DNA from: Eledone cirrhosa
Taxonomy: Eukaryota
Length of the DNA stretch: 64,000 bases
Assembly (NCBI GenBank): GCA_964016885.1
Contig: OZ024744.1
Span: 68,634,001 to 68,698,000 of the forward strand
Direction of reading: 5' to 3'
Shown here: positions 50,877-62,586 of the stretch, in pieces
How the letters are laid out: each line of letters starts with the position of its first letter
Numbering within the stretch: position 1 is the stretch's first letter
Program-made: the position numbers and the translations under genes
The notes under the pieces: model-generated
Databases searched by the model: none
Told to the model about the DNA's origin: nothing
The model's input: only the letters and a program-made list of their open reading frames with translations

Positions 50877-53800
50877 ATGACCTCACTCAGAATAGGCAGC
50901 ATAAATGCGCGTGGCTTGGGGTCGTCATGGAAGCAGGGCCACCTGCTCAACGACCTCAGGTCACTAAACATAGATGTAGTGGCCATCAGCGAGACCAGAA
51001 TCTCCGAAGCACAGGCTTTCGCACCGATCTTCGGCGGTTACGAGTGTACGCATCTCCCAGCCGTCCGGGATCGGGGGGAGGAGTTGCTGTGCTTTTTCGG
51101 AGAGGTTTGGATCTTGCCATACGGGCCATCTTCCTGGACCCAGAAGGTAAGTTGGTGGTGCTGGACGTGAGCAGCGGAGACGGTCGAGCTTTCAGGTTAG
51201 TGGCCGTCTATGCCCCGACAGGAGCAGGGCGGCCTGATTTCTTCCGGCGCCTGGAGACCTTTCTTGGAACGTCCCGCTCTTTAGTGTTAGTGGGCGACTG
51301 GAACGGGATCTTAGATGCACGCTGGGATTGTGTGGGATTAGTGGATAGGGAAGGAGGGTGCAAGAGTCTCACCAACCTGCTCAGACGTTTTGAACTGTCT
51401 GACAGGTACCGAATGGATTTCCCGAATGTACCAATGTGGACTTGGACAAATCGCATAGGGTCATCCAGATCATATCTAGATAGAGTATTTTGTAGGGAAA
51501 TAGATAGGTCTAGCATAGGCTGTCCACAATTCAAGATAGTCAGCTACACGGACCACAAATTCGTGATCTGTGTGCTTGACTTAGATAGGCTTCATAGGCG
51601 AGGACCCGGCTACTGGAAGCCAAACGCGTCCTTACCAGCGCGCAAGGCCTACAGAGACCGGATTAGCGAACTAGTTAAGCGGGCGTTGACGGGGGCCATC
51701 GTCAACAACAATTGGTGGTTTGCTCTGAAAAGAGCAATTAGAATAGAGTCCATTAGGTTTAGTAAGACTTTAGCAATAGAGAAAAATAGAGCAGAGGGAG
51801 AACTAGTTAGAAAATTAGATGAGGCGCTTAGCAAAGGCATCGCGACCGACTTACTTGCGGCGAAATTGGCCCTTGACCAATTCTTCAAAGCACGAAGGCT
51901 ACGTTGTAGAGCTAGGGTGCGTGCTCTCAGACACGAGGGGACGAAAGCCGTTCAATGGGCCCGAGTGGCGGAGGCGCGTCGTGGCAACAAAGCCACGATC
52001 CGGTCTTTGGTGGACCACGACGGGCGCATGCTACTCGATCCCGGGCAAATGTGTGAAGCTTTTCAGCGACACTTCGCTCAACTGTTCGGGGGCAGTGGCG
52101 GGCCGGATCGAGGGATGGACTTTAGTGTCTACCTCGACGGACTGCCGCGGCTTTCGGCCACTGACGCGGAGTGTTGCGAAAAGCCGATAACAACCGCTGA
52201 AGTACGGGATGCAATGACTAGTTGCACAAGGGGTAAATCGCCTGGTTTGGATGGTCTGCCCTATGAACTTTACGTACAAATGCTAAACTTGTTCGGAGGC
52301 CTCTTGGCGGACGTCTACTGCAACTGGCAACAGAACGGGAGAATTCCCAGCTCTGTGAGCCGAGGAGCGGTGGCGCTGCTGAGAAAGGATCCGAACAAGG
52401 GGGATAACATAGATAATTTTAGGCCCATAACTCTGCTAAACACAGAGTTCAAGATTTTGGCCAAGGTGCTAGCAAAGAGGTTGGCGCTTGTCGTTGGTGG
52501 TCTGGTGGGAGAGGCACAGACATGCGCCATTCCCGACAGATCCATCCACGACAACCTCCACCTCATGCGATACATCGTAGAGAGGGTAGCTAGGGAACCT
52601 GGCACGGGTGGGTCTTTGATCAATTTAGATCAGTCGAAAGCCTTCGATAGGGTCGACCATCGTTACCTAGCGGCAGTCCTGAGGGCGGCTGGCTTTGGGC
52701 CCGTCTTCAGAGGCTGGATCGACATCTGCTCTGTAGTGAGAGTGAACGGTCACTTTTCGGAACCGTTCAACATCATGCGCTCGGTCCGCCAAGGATGTCC
52801 CCTCTCGTCCCTATTGTACGTATTGACTCTCGAGCCATTACTGCACAAACTGGAGACGTTGAGGGGGATCCCGCGCGAACTAGGATGCGGAAGATCCGTG
52901 TCAGCATATGCGGACGATGTCACCGTAGTGGTGTCGAACGCCAAACACATCGAGGCGATCGGCACTACACTAAGAGAATACGAAGCGGTGACAGGAGCAA
53001 TGATCAACCAGGAAAAGTCAGTGGGCCTGCACCTCGGCACCTGGAGAGGCAGGTCCATGCCGTCCAACAGCGTCGTCGGGCGCTGGACAGACGGACCGGT
53101 TAAATTGCTAGGGGTCTGGTTCGGTCCAGACCTCCAGACGGACAAAAACTGGGACGAGGTGACGAGCAGGGTGGGTTCTCTCACCCAGAAATGGGCCGAG
53201 AGGAAGCTATTCCTGAAAGGTCGAGCGGAGGTGGCTAACGCGTACATCGCGTCCGTCATCTACTACCGCCTGACCGTCGTACCTTGTCCTAAGCCCCGCC
53301 TGACTGCGCTGGAGCGTTTGCTGTTTCGCTTCTTGTGGAAGGGACGCGCTCCGATGGTCAGGCGGTCCATCTGCTGTCAACACCCGCTACGTGGAGGGCT
53401 GGGCATGCCGTGGCTGATGATGCGCAGACACGAGCTCAGGCTACGACATCTCCACCTCTTCCTCGACGGTGATCAGGTGTGGTCGCCGTTTGCTAGACAC
53501 GTTTTTCCCCAGCTCGTCTCCTTGACGGAGCTGCAGTCCTGGGTCAAGCGAAGACCGAGAGGGAGCGCTTGGAGACTGGAATGTCTTCAGGCGCTCACAG
53601 CCCTCGACCAATCGGGCAATGTGATCGGTGGAAACTCCACCTTGGCGTTCTATAGGGGTTTAGTGGAGGGGAAGAGCGACGACGTACTTGGAGAAACTCT
53701 AGGCGTCGACGAAAATCAGCTAGCCAATCTCTTCGGAAGGACTTTCGGGCCGGGGCCTATGGACAACTTCCAGAAATCCCTGGCCTGGCAGTGCTACCGA

Positions 53801-54274
53801 GGAGTTTTGCCAGTTCGGGATAAACTCTACAGGCATGGAGGTGCCGTCAGCCGGGCATGTCCGAGATGCGCGCAGGGCGACGAAACCGTCCTGCACGCAC
53901 TCGTCCAGTGTCCGAGCATTGCTGACTTGTGGGTTTATGTCGAACACCTGCTGTCACGTGTAGGACGGATCCAGCTATCAGCTGAGTCCATTGTGAGGAT
54001 TGCCCCGCCCCCTTCCTTTAGCCGGGAAGGGCAGGCAGTTTTTATCTGTCTGGTGGCCATGGCGAAAGAGATAGTATGGTGGACACGTTTGAAAGGGCTG
54101 AAGACGAGCACTTACCTCTTCGGTGATGTCCTGATTAACTTTTTCAAATTTCATTTGAAAAGGAAAATCAGGGTAGAGAGGGAAGTGCTCTCTTCCCAGC
54201 ATTTTGTTGAAAAATGGGTGAGAGAAGCAAGTATGGCCCGAATGAATGGGCCTTCTCTGAGTATGTGTCTGTAA
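50877..54274 (+). pseudogene. Tx1 family B ORF2 (APE, RT, CCHC), nearly intact
   Basis: MTSLRIGSINARGL; a 1-nt deletion near 51043 relative to copy 2; GDWN, YLDR, TDH, SAYADD at 52901-52918, CPRC...HALVQC; 1143-aa open frame. Confidence 0.92.
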
Positions 54275-54517
54275 ATTAAAGGTGGAAAACTGGGAGAGGG
54301 CACTTGCCCTGGTGGTCAGGGCCACTGTGGTCTTTTAATGGGCTTTCTCCACAAATGTCCCTCGGAAGTCTCCCCCCTATTGGGGAATTTTTCTTTGTTA
54401 TTTTATTTCAACCTCCGTTTTTTTTACACGCAGAAATGCCCATTTGTACCGTCCTGTATTGTCCTGTACTGTCCTTAATGTCTACTTTATGTAAACCCTT
54501 GTGGTTAATAAAGAAAA

Positions 54518-54584
<67 letters not shown>

Positions 54585-55624
54585 GTAGTTGCATTTATCT
54601 TGCTTTATGTTCATACGAGTTATCACCAAGTCACAACCAGTGACCTCAAGATACAACAAGGTCCGCCATGTTCAAGAAAGAACATACATACTCACACATG
54701 CATCTTTAGGTGTTTAGACTTGTGATGTACTTATATTGACAGAATCTTCCTTAGCATATGGGCAGTTCCCATTAGTACTATATTTTGTATTTCTCCTCTC
54801 CGCGGGCTTCCTTGGATTTGCGATAAGTAATCATTAGACCCCTTAGGTATCATTCCTAGAGCGCCTACAACCACTGGTATTGTTTTAGTTCTCAATTTCC
54901 ACATTTTTCCAATTTCTATCTCCAGGTCCTTATACTTGCTCAATTTTTCAAATGTTTTTATAGATACATTCTTGTCTATTGGAACGGACATATCAATTAG
55001 CAGGCATACCCTCTTTTTAAAGTCCTTCAATATTATATCAGGTCTATTTGCATCACGTCTGTTTGGATGCTAAAGTTCCACAAGATTGAGATGTGATCTT
55101 TTTCAAATATGAGATGTGGTTGATGCTCCCACCAATACATTTGATGGGGCAGGTCAAAATGCTTACACTTTATCCAATGTATGTATTGTGCAGCTCTGTC
55201 ATGCCTGTTTAGGTATTCGGTTGGAGCTATAAGGCTGCACATTGAAATTATATGATCAATGGTATCTGGTTGTTTTTTACATACACGGCATAATGGGTTG
55301 CATCCATTTTTTATTATGTTGGCTTGGTAATTTTTTGTTGGCAGACACTGATCTTGTGCTGATATAATTAGTCCTCCAGTCTCCGATTTCAGTCCAGAGG
55401 ATGCCAACCACTGATGGGTTAAAGTTTTGTCAACATCAGGATTGTTAGCTCTTTCTGGGTATTTTCTATACAGAGGCTTTTCTTGCGATTTCTTAGCCAG
55501 TTTCTGTAGCAGTTCTTTCTTTGCAGTTACTTTTACCTGCTTTGCTTTTTCTGTGTTTTCCATTTCAGCAGTAAATGGGATTTCTGAAATTTGTTGTCCA
55601 TTACTGTATCTTTGTGCATCTTTA

Positions 55625-55625
<1 letters not shown>
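54585..55625 (-). mobile_element. 5'-truncated R4/Dong-type LINE (another family)
   Basis: CRVCKKQPDTIDHIISMC, RHD, LIDMSVP...KLSKYKDL, VVGALG; (TAA)n at both ends. Confidence 0.9.
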
Positions 55626-55656
<31 letters not shown>

Positions 55657-55657
55657 G

Positions 55658-58535
55658 GCGACCTACGTAGTAAATCGTATTATCGTGAGCTCCGCAAAGG
55701 TTTGTTGTCAGTTGTTTAAAATTGCCATTTATGGAAATTTTTTATTGTTAACTGTATATAAGTGCACATACAACTGTATATAACTGCACATACATTGATT
55801 TCTGAAAAGGACACCCAAAAATATTGGGGCCTTGAGCCCAAAATTTAAACTTTTATAATTATCAAACAAAGATTTTTCTTTGAAAAATCATGGACGACTC
55901 AGAGTCACACCTTCCTCACAAACTAACACCTCACACCGACACCACCATTGTAAATATTACTACGTTTGCCAACACTAAAAATATAAGCAGTAGCAATATT
56001 TTAAATTTGTCTCAGGCAGACATTCATTTCCCGCCATTACCAATGACTGCAGGTGTTAAAGCCGCCACCCCCACCACCACCACAGCGACAACAGAAACAA
56101 AAGAAAAAATAAATTAACTCGTGATATCGAAATGAATTCAACCAAAATGAACTCTTCCACACCGAACACCACTGACACCACCACCACCACCACAACTGAA
56201 ACTAAAATTAACAATAGCAAAAATAACGATAACAACAACAGCAACAATGAAATTAAGAAAACCACCCTGAGTTTTGCCAGAGTAGCAAAAACGTGCGAAG
56301 CGATCCAGGTAACTAAGGAGGAATTAGAAGAAGCCAAAAGAATGGTAAAGAAAGATGGTTAAAAGGTCAGCCCCCCCCCCCCCACACACACCTAATAAAA
56401 TGGAGCAACGTCGCCTATGCACCGTGTATTATCGGACAATTAACATAAAATCGCGCCGAGTGGAACGGGCATCCGAGTCCCAAATCCAAAAAGTTTTGGG
56501 ACATGTGTGGGCAAAAAAACCCCACATCAGACGTGGGCAGAAATATGGAACCGTGGACGTGTTCTTTGAAAAACCACAGGAGGCCAGAGAACACTCCATG
56601 GCCCCATTAAGAAGTGACGACTTCACACTCGTCCCAACTATTGTGGGCAAAGACTTGTGAAGATCAGGGTGACCCACGTTCCACCGGCCATCGAAATTCC
56701 TTGGCTAATGGCTGCCGTCCTCGCCGGCATCGAGGCCAACACCAAGATAATCGAAATAGCGAAAGAAAAGCAGGAGAACTGGTCAGGATCTGGGATGGAG
56801 CTCCTGATCCAAGCGGACCATAAAAGCATTGAGGAGATCCCAGAGGTAATAGACCTCACTGACGGCAGCCACCTCACCGAAATCGTCGAGGGAAGAAGGC
56901 CTAGGTGTGTCGTTTGTGGTGAAGGAACCCACCTAAGGGCTTTCTGCCCTCAGGCTAAAAGGTTGAGGCCACCTCTCTTACCCACCCCAGTGACTCAACC
57001 ATCAACACCACCAGTAGCAGAGATGGCAGCAACAACTGTAGCAGCAACAACAGAAGCAACTGTAACAGCAACAACCGCAGCAACAGTAGCAAAACCAACA
57101 CCACCACCACCAGCAAAACCACCACCACCACCACCCAACGCTTCAGAACTAGCACCAGCGCCTACACCATCCACCACGCCACAACCAAAACCAACGCCTG
57201 TGGAGGATTTTCCACTCCCCGGCCTATCGCAACTGGAGACAGATTGTGACGACGGGGAGTGGGAAACGGTATCAGGAAAAAAAAAAGAAACCAAAAAAGA
57301 AAAAATTCTCTTCCTTTCCCCTCCAAAAACAAAATACAGAGGGAAACAATAAATTATCAAACAAAAAAGTTAGGACAGATATGCCACCATCCACACCAGC
57401 ATCACCAACCCCATCACCACAAACACCAACACCATCACCATCACCATCATTAACCCCAACACCAACATCACCAACACCACAAAAGTCACCAAAAAGCGTA
57501 ACAGAAACAAACCCACAACAAACGCAAACAAAACAAAACAACCAAAACGATACACACTACACAGCATTAAATTTGAACAACAACCAATTATTACACTACA
57601 TGCAACACAACACCAGCATCACAGAAAAAAACTACACAACAACCCAAAAGTTCACACCACCTCCACACATACAAATCACTCGCATCACACATAAAACGTA
57701 CACGACACTAAAACAAAAATTTTCCAAAGACATCGGAGACTTCCGACAAATACGGTCCAGGAAGATTTTATAAGGACATCCTTCTGGAGGAGGCCACAAG
57801 GCCACAAACTTCGGAGACCAGAATCTCGGAAGCACAGGCCTTCGCACCGATCTTCGGCGGCTACGATGTGTACGCATCTCCCAGCCGTCCGGGATCGGGG
57901 GGAGGAGTTGGTGTGCTTTTTCAGAGAGGTTTGGATCTCGCCATACGGGCCATCTTCCTGGATCCAGAAGGTAAGTTGGTGGTGCTAGATGTGACCAGCG
58001 GAGACGGGCAAGCTTTCAGGCTAGTGGCCGTCTATGCCCCGACAGGAGCAGGGCAGCCTTATTTCTTCCGGCGTCTGGAGACCTTTCTTGGAACGTCCCG
58101 CTCTTTAGTGTTAGTGGGCGACTGGAACGGGATCTTAGATGCACGGTGGGACTGTGTGGGTTCAGCGGATAGGGGAGGAGGGTGCAAGAGCCTCACCAAC
58201 CTGCTCAGGCGTTTTGAACTGTCTGACAGGTACCGATTGGATTTCCCGAATGTGCCAATGTGGACTTGGACAAATCACGTAGGGTCATCCAGATCATATC
58301 TAGATAGAGTATTTTGTAGGTAAATAGATAGGTCTAGCATAGGCTGTCCACAATTCAAGATAGTCAGCTACACGGACAACAAATTCGTGATCTGTGTGCT
58401 TGACTTAGATAGGCTTCATAGACGAGGACCCGGCTACTGGAAGCTAAGCGCGTCCTTACCAGCGCGCAAGGCCTACAGAGACCGGATTAGCGAACTAGTT
58501 AAGCGGGCGTTGATGGGGCCATCGTCAACAACAAG
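55658..58535 (+). mobile_element. Second Tx1 family B copy (5' intact, 3' truncated, internal deletion at the ORF1/ORF2 junction)
   Basis: Same GGCGACCTACGTAG start after (ATT)n; colinear with 48428-51710. Confidence 0.93.
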
Positions 58536-58564
58536 TGACAACACAAACCTTGTTTGTATATAAC

Positions 58565-58749
58565 TGTTTCTACTTTTGGCACAAGGCCAGCAATTACCCA
58601 GTGTATTACTGGTACTTTATTTTATCGACCTCGTAAGGATGAAAGGCAAAGTTAACCTCGGCGGGATTTGAACTCAGAATGGCAAGGGTCGTAACTCTAC
58701 ACGTCAAAGCATGGCATCTGACCCTCTACCGATACTGCCAATCCATCGC
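58565..58749 (-). mobile_element. Full-length SINE S1 with a 17-bp TSD
   Basis: TSD CCTTGTTTGTATATAAC at 58548-58564 and 58750-58766. Confidence 0.93.
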
Positions 58750-59060
58750 CCTTGTTTGTATATAACATTATTCTTTCTGCACCTTCTGTTTAACATGTGC
58801 GACACCACACTGATACATTTCACTATCATTTGATAATGCATATAAATGCAGAAACCGGTAATAGACAATAATTAAATATATAAATAGATAAATAAATGCC
58901 ATTGTTAAATAATAAATAAATCAATTCATACCTTAACACTCCACACAAAGTAAAACATTTCGTTTTAATCATTTTCTAACCGAGAGAAAAGAGAAAGAGA
59001 GACCCCCAAAAAAGGAAAAAAATATATCTTTCTTCCTCATAATCGTTTCTTTCTCCCTGT

Positions 59061-59139
<79 letters not shown>

Positions 59140-59234
59140 ATGATCGACTTTCGTGAAATCGGACTGAGGAAACAATGTTTCCATTCATCTTTACAATTGC
59201 TAATATTATCTATCGGTCGCAAATCCAGGTAGAA

Positions 59235-59338
59235 GGGGCAACATGAAATAAAGTGTCTTGCTCAATGACATAACGCATCGCCCGGTCCTGGAATCGAACT
59301 CACAACCTCACGATTGCGAATCCAATTCTCTAACCACT
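59235..59338 (-). mobile_element. SINE S2 fragment
   Basis: B box GAGTTCGATTC and the TTGAGCAAGACACTTTATTTCA core. Confidence 0.82.
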
Positions 59339-59448
59339 CTGATTGATCAGCCAGTCTGCTAATATGCAAATCAGGCCGATCAGTCACTGCGTATTTTTGA
59401 AAATAGCATATATTTTTACTAGCTCTGACAGTTTGGCATGTGAACAGT

Positions 59449-59498
59449 GAGCTGTACTGATGAAGGGTGATACCCAAAAGCATTAGTGTCTGCAGTTC
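59449..59498 (+). ncRNA. Hammerhead, copy 1 (GAAA mutated)
   Basis: GAGCUGUA-CUGAUGA-AGGGU GAU ACCC-AAAAG-CAUUAGUG-UC-UGCAGUUC. Confidence 0.65.
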
Positions 59499-59890
59499 TG
59501 TTCACTTGCCAACACAAAAGCAAGAATGTAGGGTTCATTGTATGGACATGGCTATAAAAGTGAGGCTTGTTTGCATAATTGCAAACAAATGGAATGTATT
59601 TATTAATATTCGAAAAACTCAGTTTACATTTATTGTATTCAGCCATGTAGAGCGAAAAACGTTTTCTTTTTTATTTGAATTTGGCAAAGCCGGCCATTTA
59701 TCGCTCGTATACAGGAAGCTGACTGGCCAGTCTGCTTATATGCAAATCTGGCTGATCAGTGGATCTGCTAATATGCACATCTGATTGATCAGCCAGTCTG
59801 CTATTATGCAAATCAGGCCGATCAGTCACTGTGTATTTTTGAAAATAGCATATATTTTCACTAGCTCTGACAGTTTGGCAGGTGAAAAAT

Positions 59891-59940
59891 GAGCTGTACT
59901 GAAGAGGGGTGATACCCAGAAACATTAGTGTCTGCAGTTC
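59891..59940 (+). ncRNA. Hammerhead, copy 2
   Basis: GAGCUGUA-CUGAAGA-GGGGU GAU ACCCA-GAAA-CAUUAGUG-UC-UGCAGUUC. Confidence 0.8.
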
Positions 59941-60069
59941 TGTTTACTTGCGAACACAAGAGCAAGAATGAAGGGTTCATTCTACTGACATGGCTATAAA
60001 ATTGAGACTTGTTTGCATAATTACAAACGAATCGAATATTATTATTAATATTCGAAAAACTCAGACCAC

Positions 60070-60140
<71 letters not shown>

Positions 60141-60236
60141 CATAATGCCGTAAAAATGACGGGATTTATAACAAAATATTATTTTATTTAATACATCCTT
60201 CATTAAAATAATCTATGAAGACGCTAAATCTCAGAT

Positions 60237-60352
60237 TCTTCTTCTTCTTCTTCTTCTTCTTCTTCTTCTTCTTCTTCTTCTTCTTCTTCTTCTTCTTCTT
60301 CTTCTTCTTCTTCTTCTTCTTCTTCTTCTTCTTCTTCTTCTTCTTCTTCTTC
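60237..60352. repeat. (CTT)n microsatellite
   Basis: Read directly from the sequence. Confidence 0.98.
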
Positions 60353-60791
60353 ACTCTTCGTCTTTTTTCGTCCTTGTATTATTAGCATTGGCTCCGGCTC
60401 TTCACTTCATATTACTTATGGGGCCAGCTTTACCTCTCCTCCTCCCGGGAAGGGGGGGGGGGGGGGGGGGGGGGGCAATAAAATAGAGTACTAATCAAGT
60501 AGTATTAATAACTTAACCGACTAACGTTTCACCCAAGTATCTAGACGTGTGCCTAAATTAGAAATAATTAGTTTAATAATTATTACCGCCATCGGTACAG
60601 ACATTACAATGTGGTTAAGCAGTTCGCTTCCCGATTTAAATCAATAATTCTAATTTACATTCATTTAAATTAATTACAATAATTCCCTTTCATATTTTCT
60701 TTCATCCTTTTCCAATGTATAATAGCGGGCTTACATATATATAGCTATCTAAATATATTCTACGCTGTTCTTAGTAACAGAGAATATGATG

Positions 60792-60850
<59 letters not shown>

Positions 60851-61010
60851 ATGTTGAAAAGGTAACACACTAGAGCGAGATAGTGTGCCATCAATAAAAC
60901 AGGGAAAGCCACCAGTGTATGGAATCTATAATCTATGGAAGGCAGGGTAGACACACAATAATTAAAAATATAAATTAAAATGTATATACGCACCTCTATA
61001 ACTATATAAC

Positions 61011-61093
61011 ACACGCGTACAAATCTAAAGAGATCTGTTTCGCCAGGAAGTTGTTGACTGAAATGGAATAGCCTATGGTTCATCAGCGTGTGT
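61011..61093 (-). ncRNA. Type I hammerhead with a full stem III
   Basis: ACACACG-CUGAUGA-ACCAUAGG...CCUGGC-GAAA-CAGAUCU CUUU AGAUUUG-UA-CGCGUGU. Confidence 0.82.
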
Positions 61094-61549
61094 AAGACTA
61101 TACATTCCAGACAACTCTAAGTGAATCTAAAGCGACAGTCCAGCTACACGCGGTAGAGAGATGTCACAGCGTGTTTAGGGCAGTGAACCAGTGGTATCTG
61201 AGGGACGAGCTGCTAGAAGGGCAGTTCAAAAACCACTCAAAGAAGTGTGCCCAACCAAAAAGAGAGAGAGGAAAGACTGTTATAAGGAGCAAAATATCAC
61301 GATACATTAACGGAGCCATAGACTCTCGTTATTCCCTGTCAATAATGTGCTCAAAGGAAAAGAGATGCTGAGCTCTTTAAAATACAATATGTTGAAAAGG
61401 TAACACACTAGAGCGAGAAAGTGTGCCATCAATAAAACAGGGAAAAACCACCAGTGTATGGAATCTATAACCTATGGAAGGCTAGGTAGATACACAATAA
61501 TTAAAAATATAAATTAAAATGTATATACGCACCTCTATAACTATATAAC

Positions 61550-61630
61550 ACACGCGTACAAATCCAAAGAGATGTTTCACCAGGAAGTTGTTGACTGAAA
61601 TAGAATAGCCTATGGTTCATCAGCGCGTGC
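61550..61630 (-). ncRNA. Type I hammerhead, second tandem copy
   Basis: GCACGCG-CUGAUGA-ACCA...UGGU-GAAA-CAUCUCUUUGGAUUUG-UA-CGCGUGU. Confidence 0.78.
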
Positions 61631-61749
61631 AAGACTATCCATTCCAGACAACTCTAATATTTCGCTCCTTATAACAGTCTTTCCTCTCTTTCTCTGTTTG
61701 CTTGAGCACGTGTAGCTGGACGATCGCTTTAGATTATCTTAGAGTTGTC

Positions 61750-62572
61750 ACAACACCTTTCTAAGAGGGGGAAACCTGCGCCTTCGGAAGCATCCGATGA
61801 TGTTGACCAGTTCTCCTTTTCGGGTAGTGTTTTCGATACTCAGAGAGTGGGATTGGTCGAGTGCAAAATCTTTCCCCACTTAAAAAAACCTTCAAAGCAC
61901 GTGCATTGTTTGTTCAGGGTCTGTTACAGGTTTGTGTGACTGGCCGTAGCCTAAAAGTGCACCAAACTCTATAATCCTCCAAGCAATTGCAGTACTCTTA
62001 GCAGAGTTTGCAGCCATCATGTATGTATGTATATATGTATGTCACTTTTGACTGCTACTGGTAACATGTAACCCAGTACAACCTGTCGCATGGTCGGGTC
62101 GTCGGCGACTAAATCGGCAACCCCACTAAGTTTACTTGGTGAGGTGGGTGATTTTGGACACCTTGCAGGACAAAAAACAAAACCTGAAAAAGGGCGGAAG
62201 AACTCATAAGAGTCAACGGCCATCCGAAAGTGTATAAATATGTATATACACATGTACATATGTATGTATATGTGTATATACATGGGTGCATGTGTATGTA
62301 TATGCATTGGGATATAGAAATAGTCGGGCTGGACACCCGATCGCGCGGTTAAACCACTGGCAGTGAAGGACACCTAGCCTTTGTCAGGGTATTCTTCTAG
62401 GAGAAGCCAACTCAGGAAACTGGGATGAAAACTGCTGCTCAGTAGTTACCGATGATGTTGATCTTTTCTTCTTTTGGGGTTATAGCTACTGTCGCTCAGA
62501 AAGTGGAATTGGCTCAGTGCACAGTCTTTCCTTACTTTAAAAAATATCTTCACGCACAGGCATTGCACGATA
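61750..62572 (+). mobile_element. Two head-to-tail RTE-derived non-autonomous elements joined by (ATGT)n
   Basis: 61750-62018 ends in GTACTC..GAGTTTGCAGCCATC-ATGTATGT; 62040 begins a new 5' end; both share CCGATGATGTTGA with 33663-34273. Confidence 0.75.
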
Positions 62573-62586
62573 GAATTAATTAATAA

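Larger units (their letters stand above)
48428..54518 (+). mobile_element. Full-length Tx1/L1-clade LINE, family B (young, nearly intact)
   Basis: Starts GGCGACCTACGTAG right after (ATT)n; ORF1 and ORF2; AATAAA at 54507 followed by (ATT)n. Confidence 0.95.
59339..60075 (+). repeat. 442-bp tandem unit (about 1.7 copies), one hammerhead per unit
   Basis: 59339-59633 recurs at 59781-60075. Confidence 0.88.
60844..61749 (-). repeat. ~540-bp tandem unit with hammerheads, plus a short inverted segment
   Basis: 60844-61120 recurs at 61382-61657; 61657-61749 inverts parts of 61109-61296. Confidence 0.85.

Noticed and set aside
60452-60475. Poly-G run as a G-quadruplex element
   Set aside because: Homopolymer within a degenerate SINE-like remnant; length unreliable and no sign of function.
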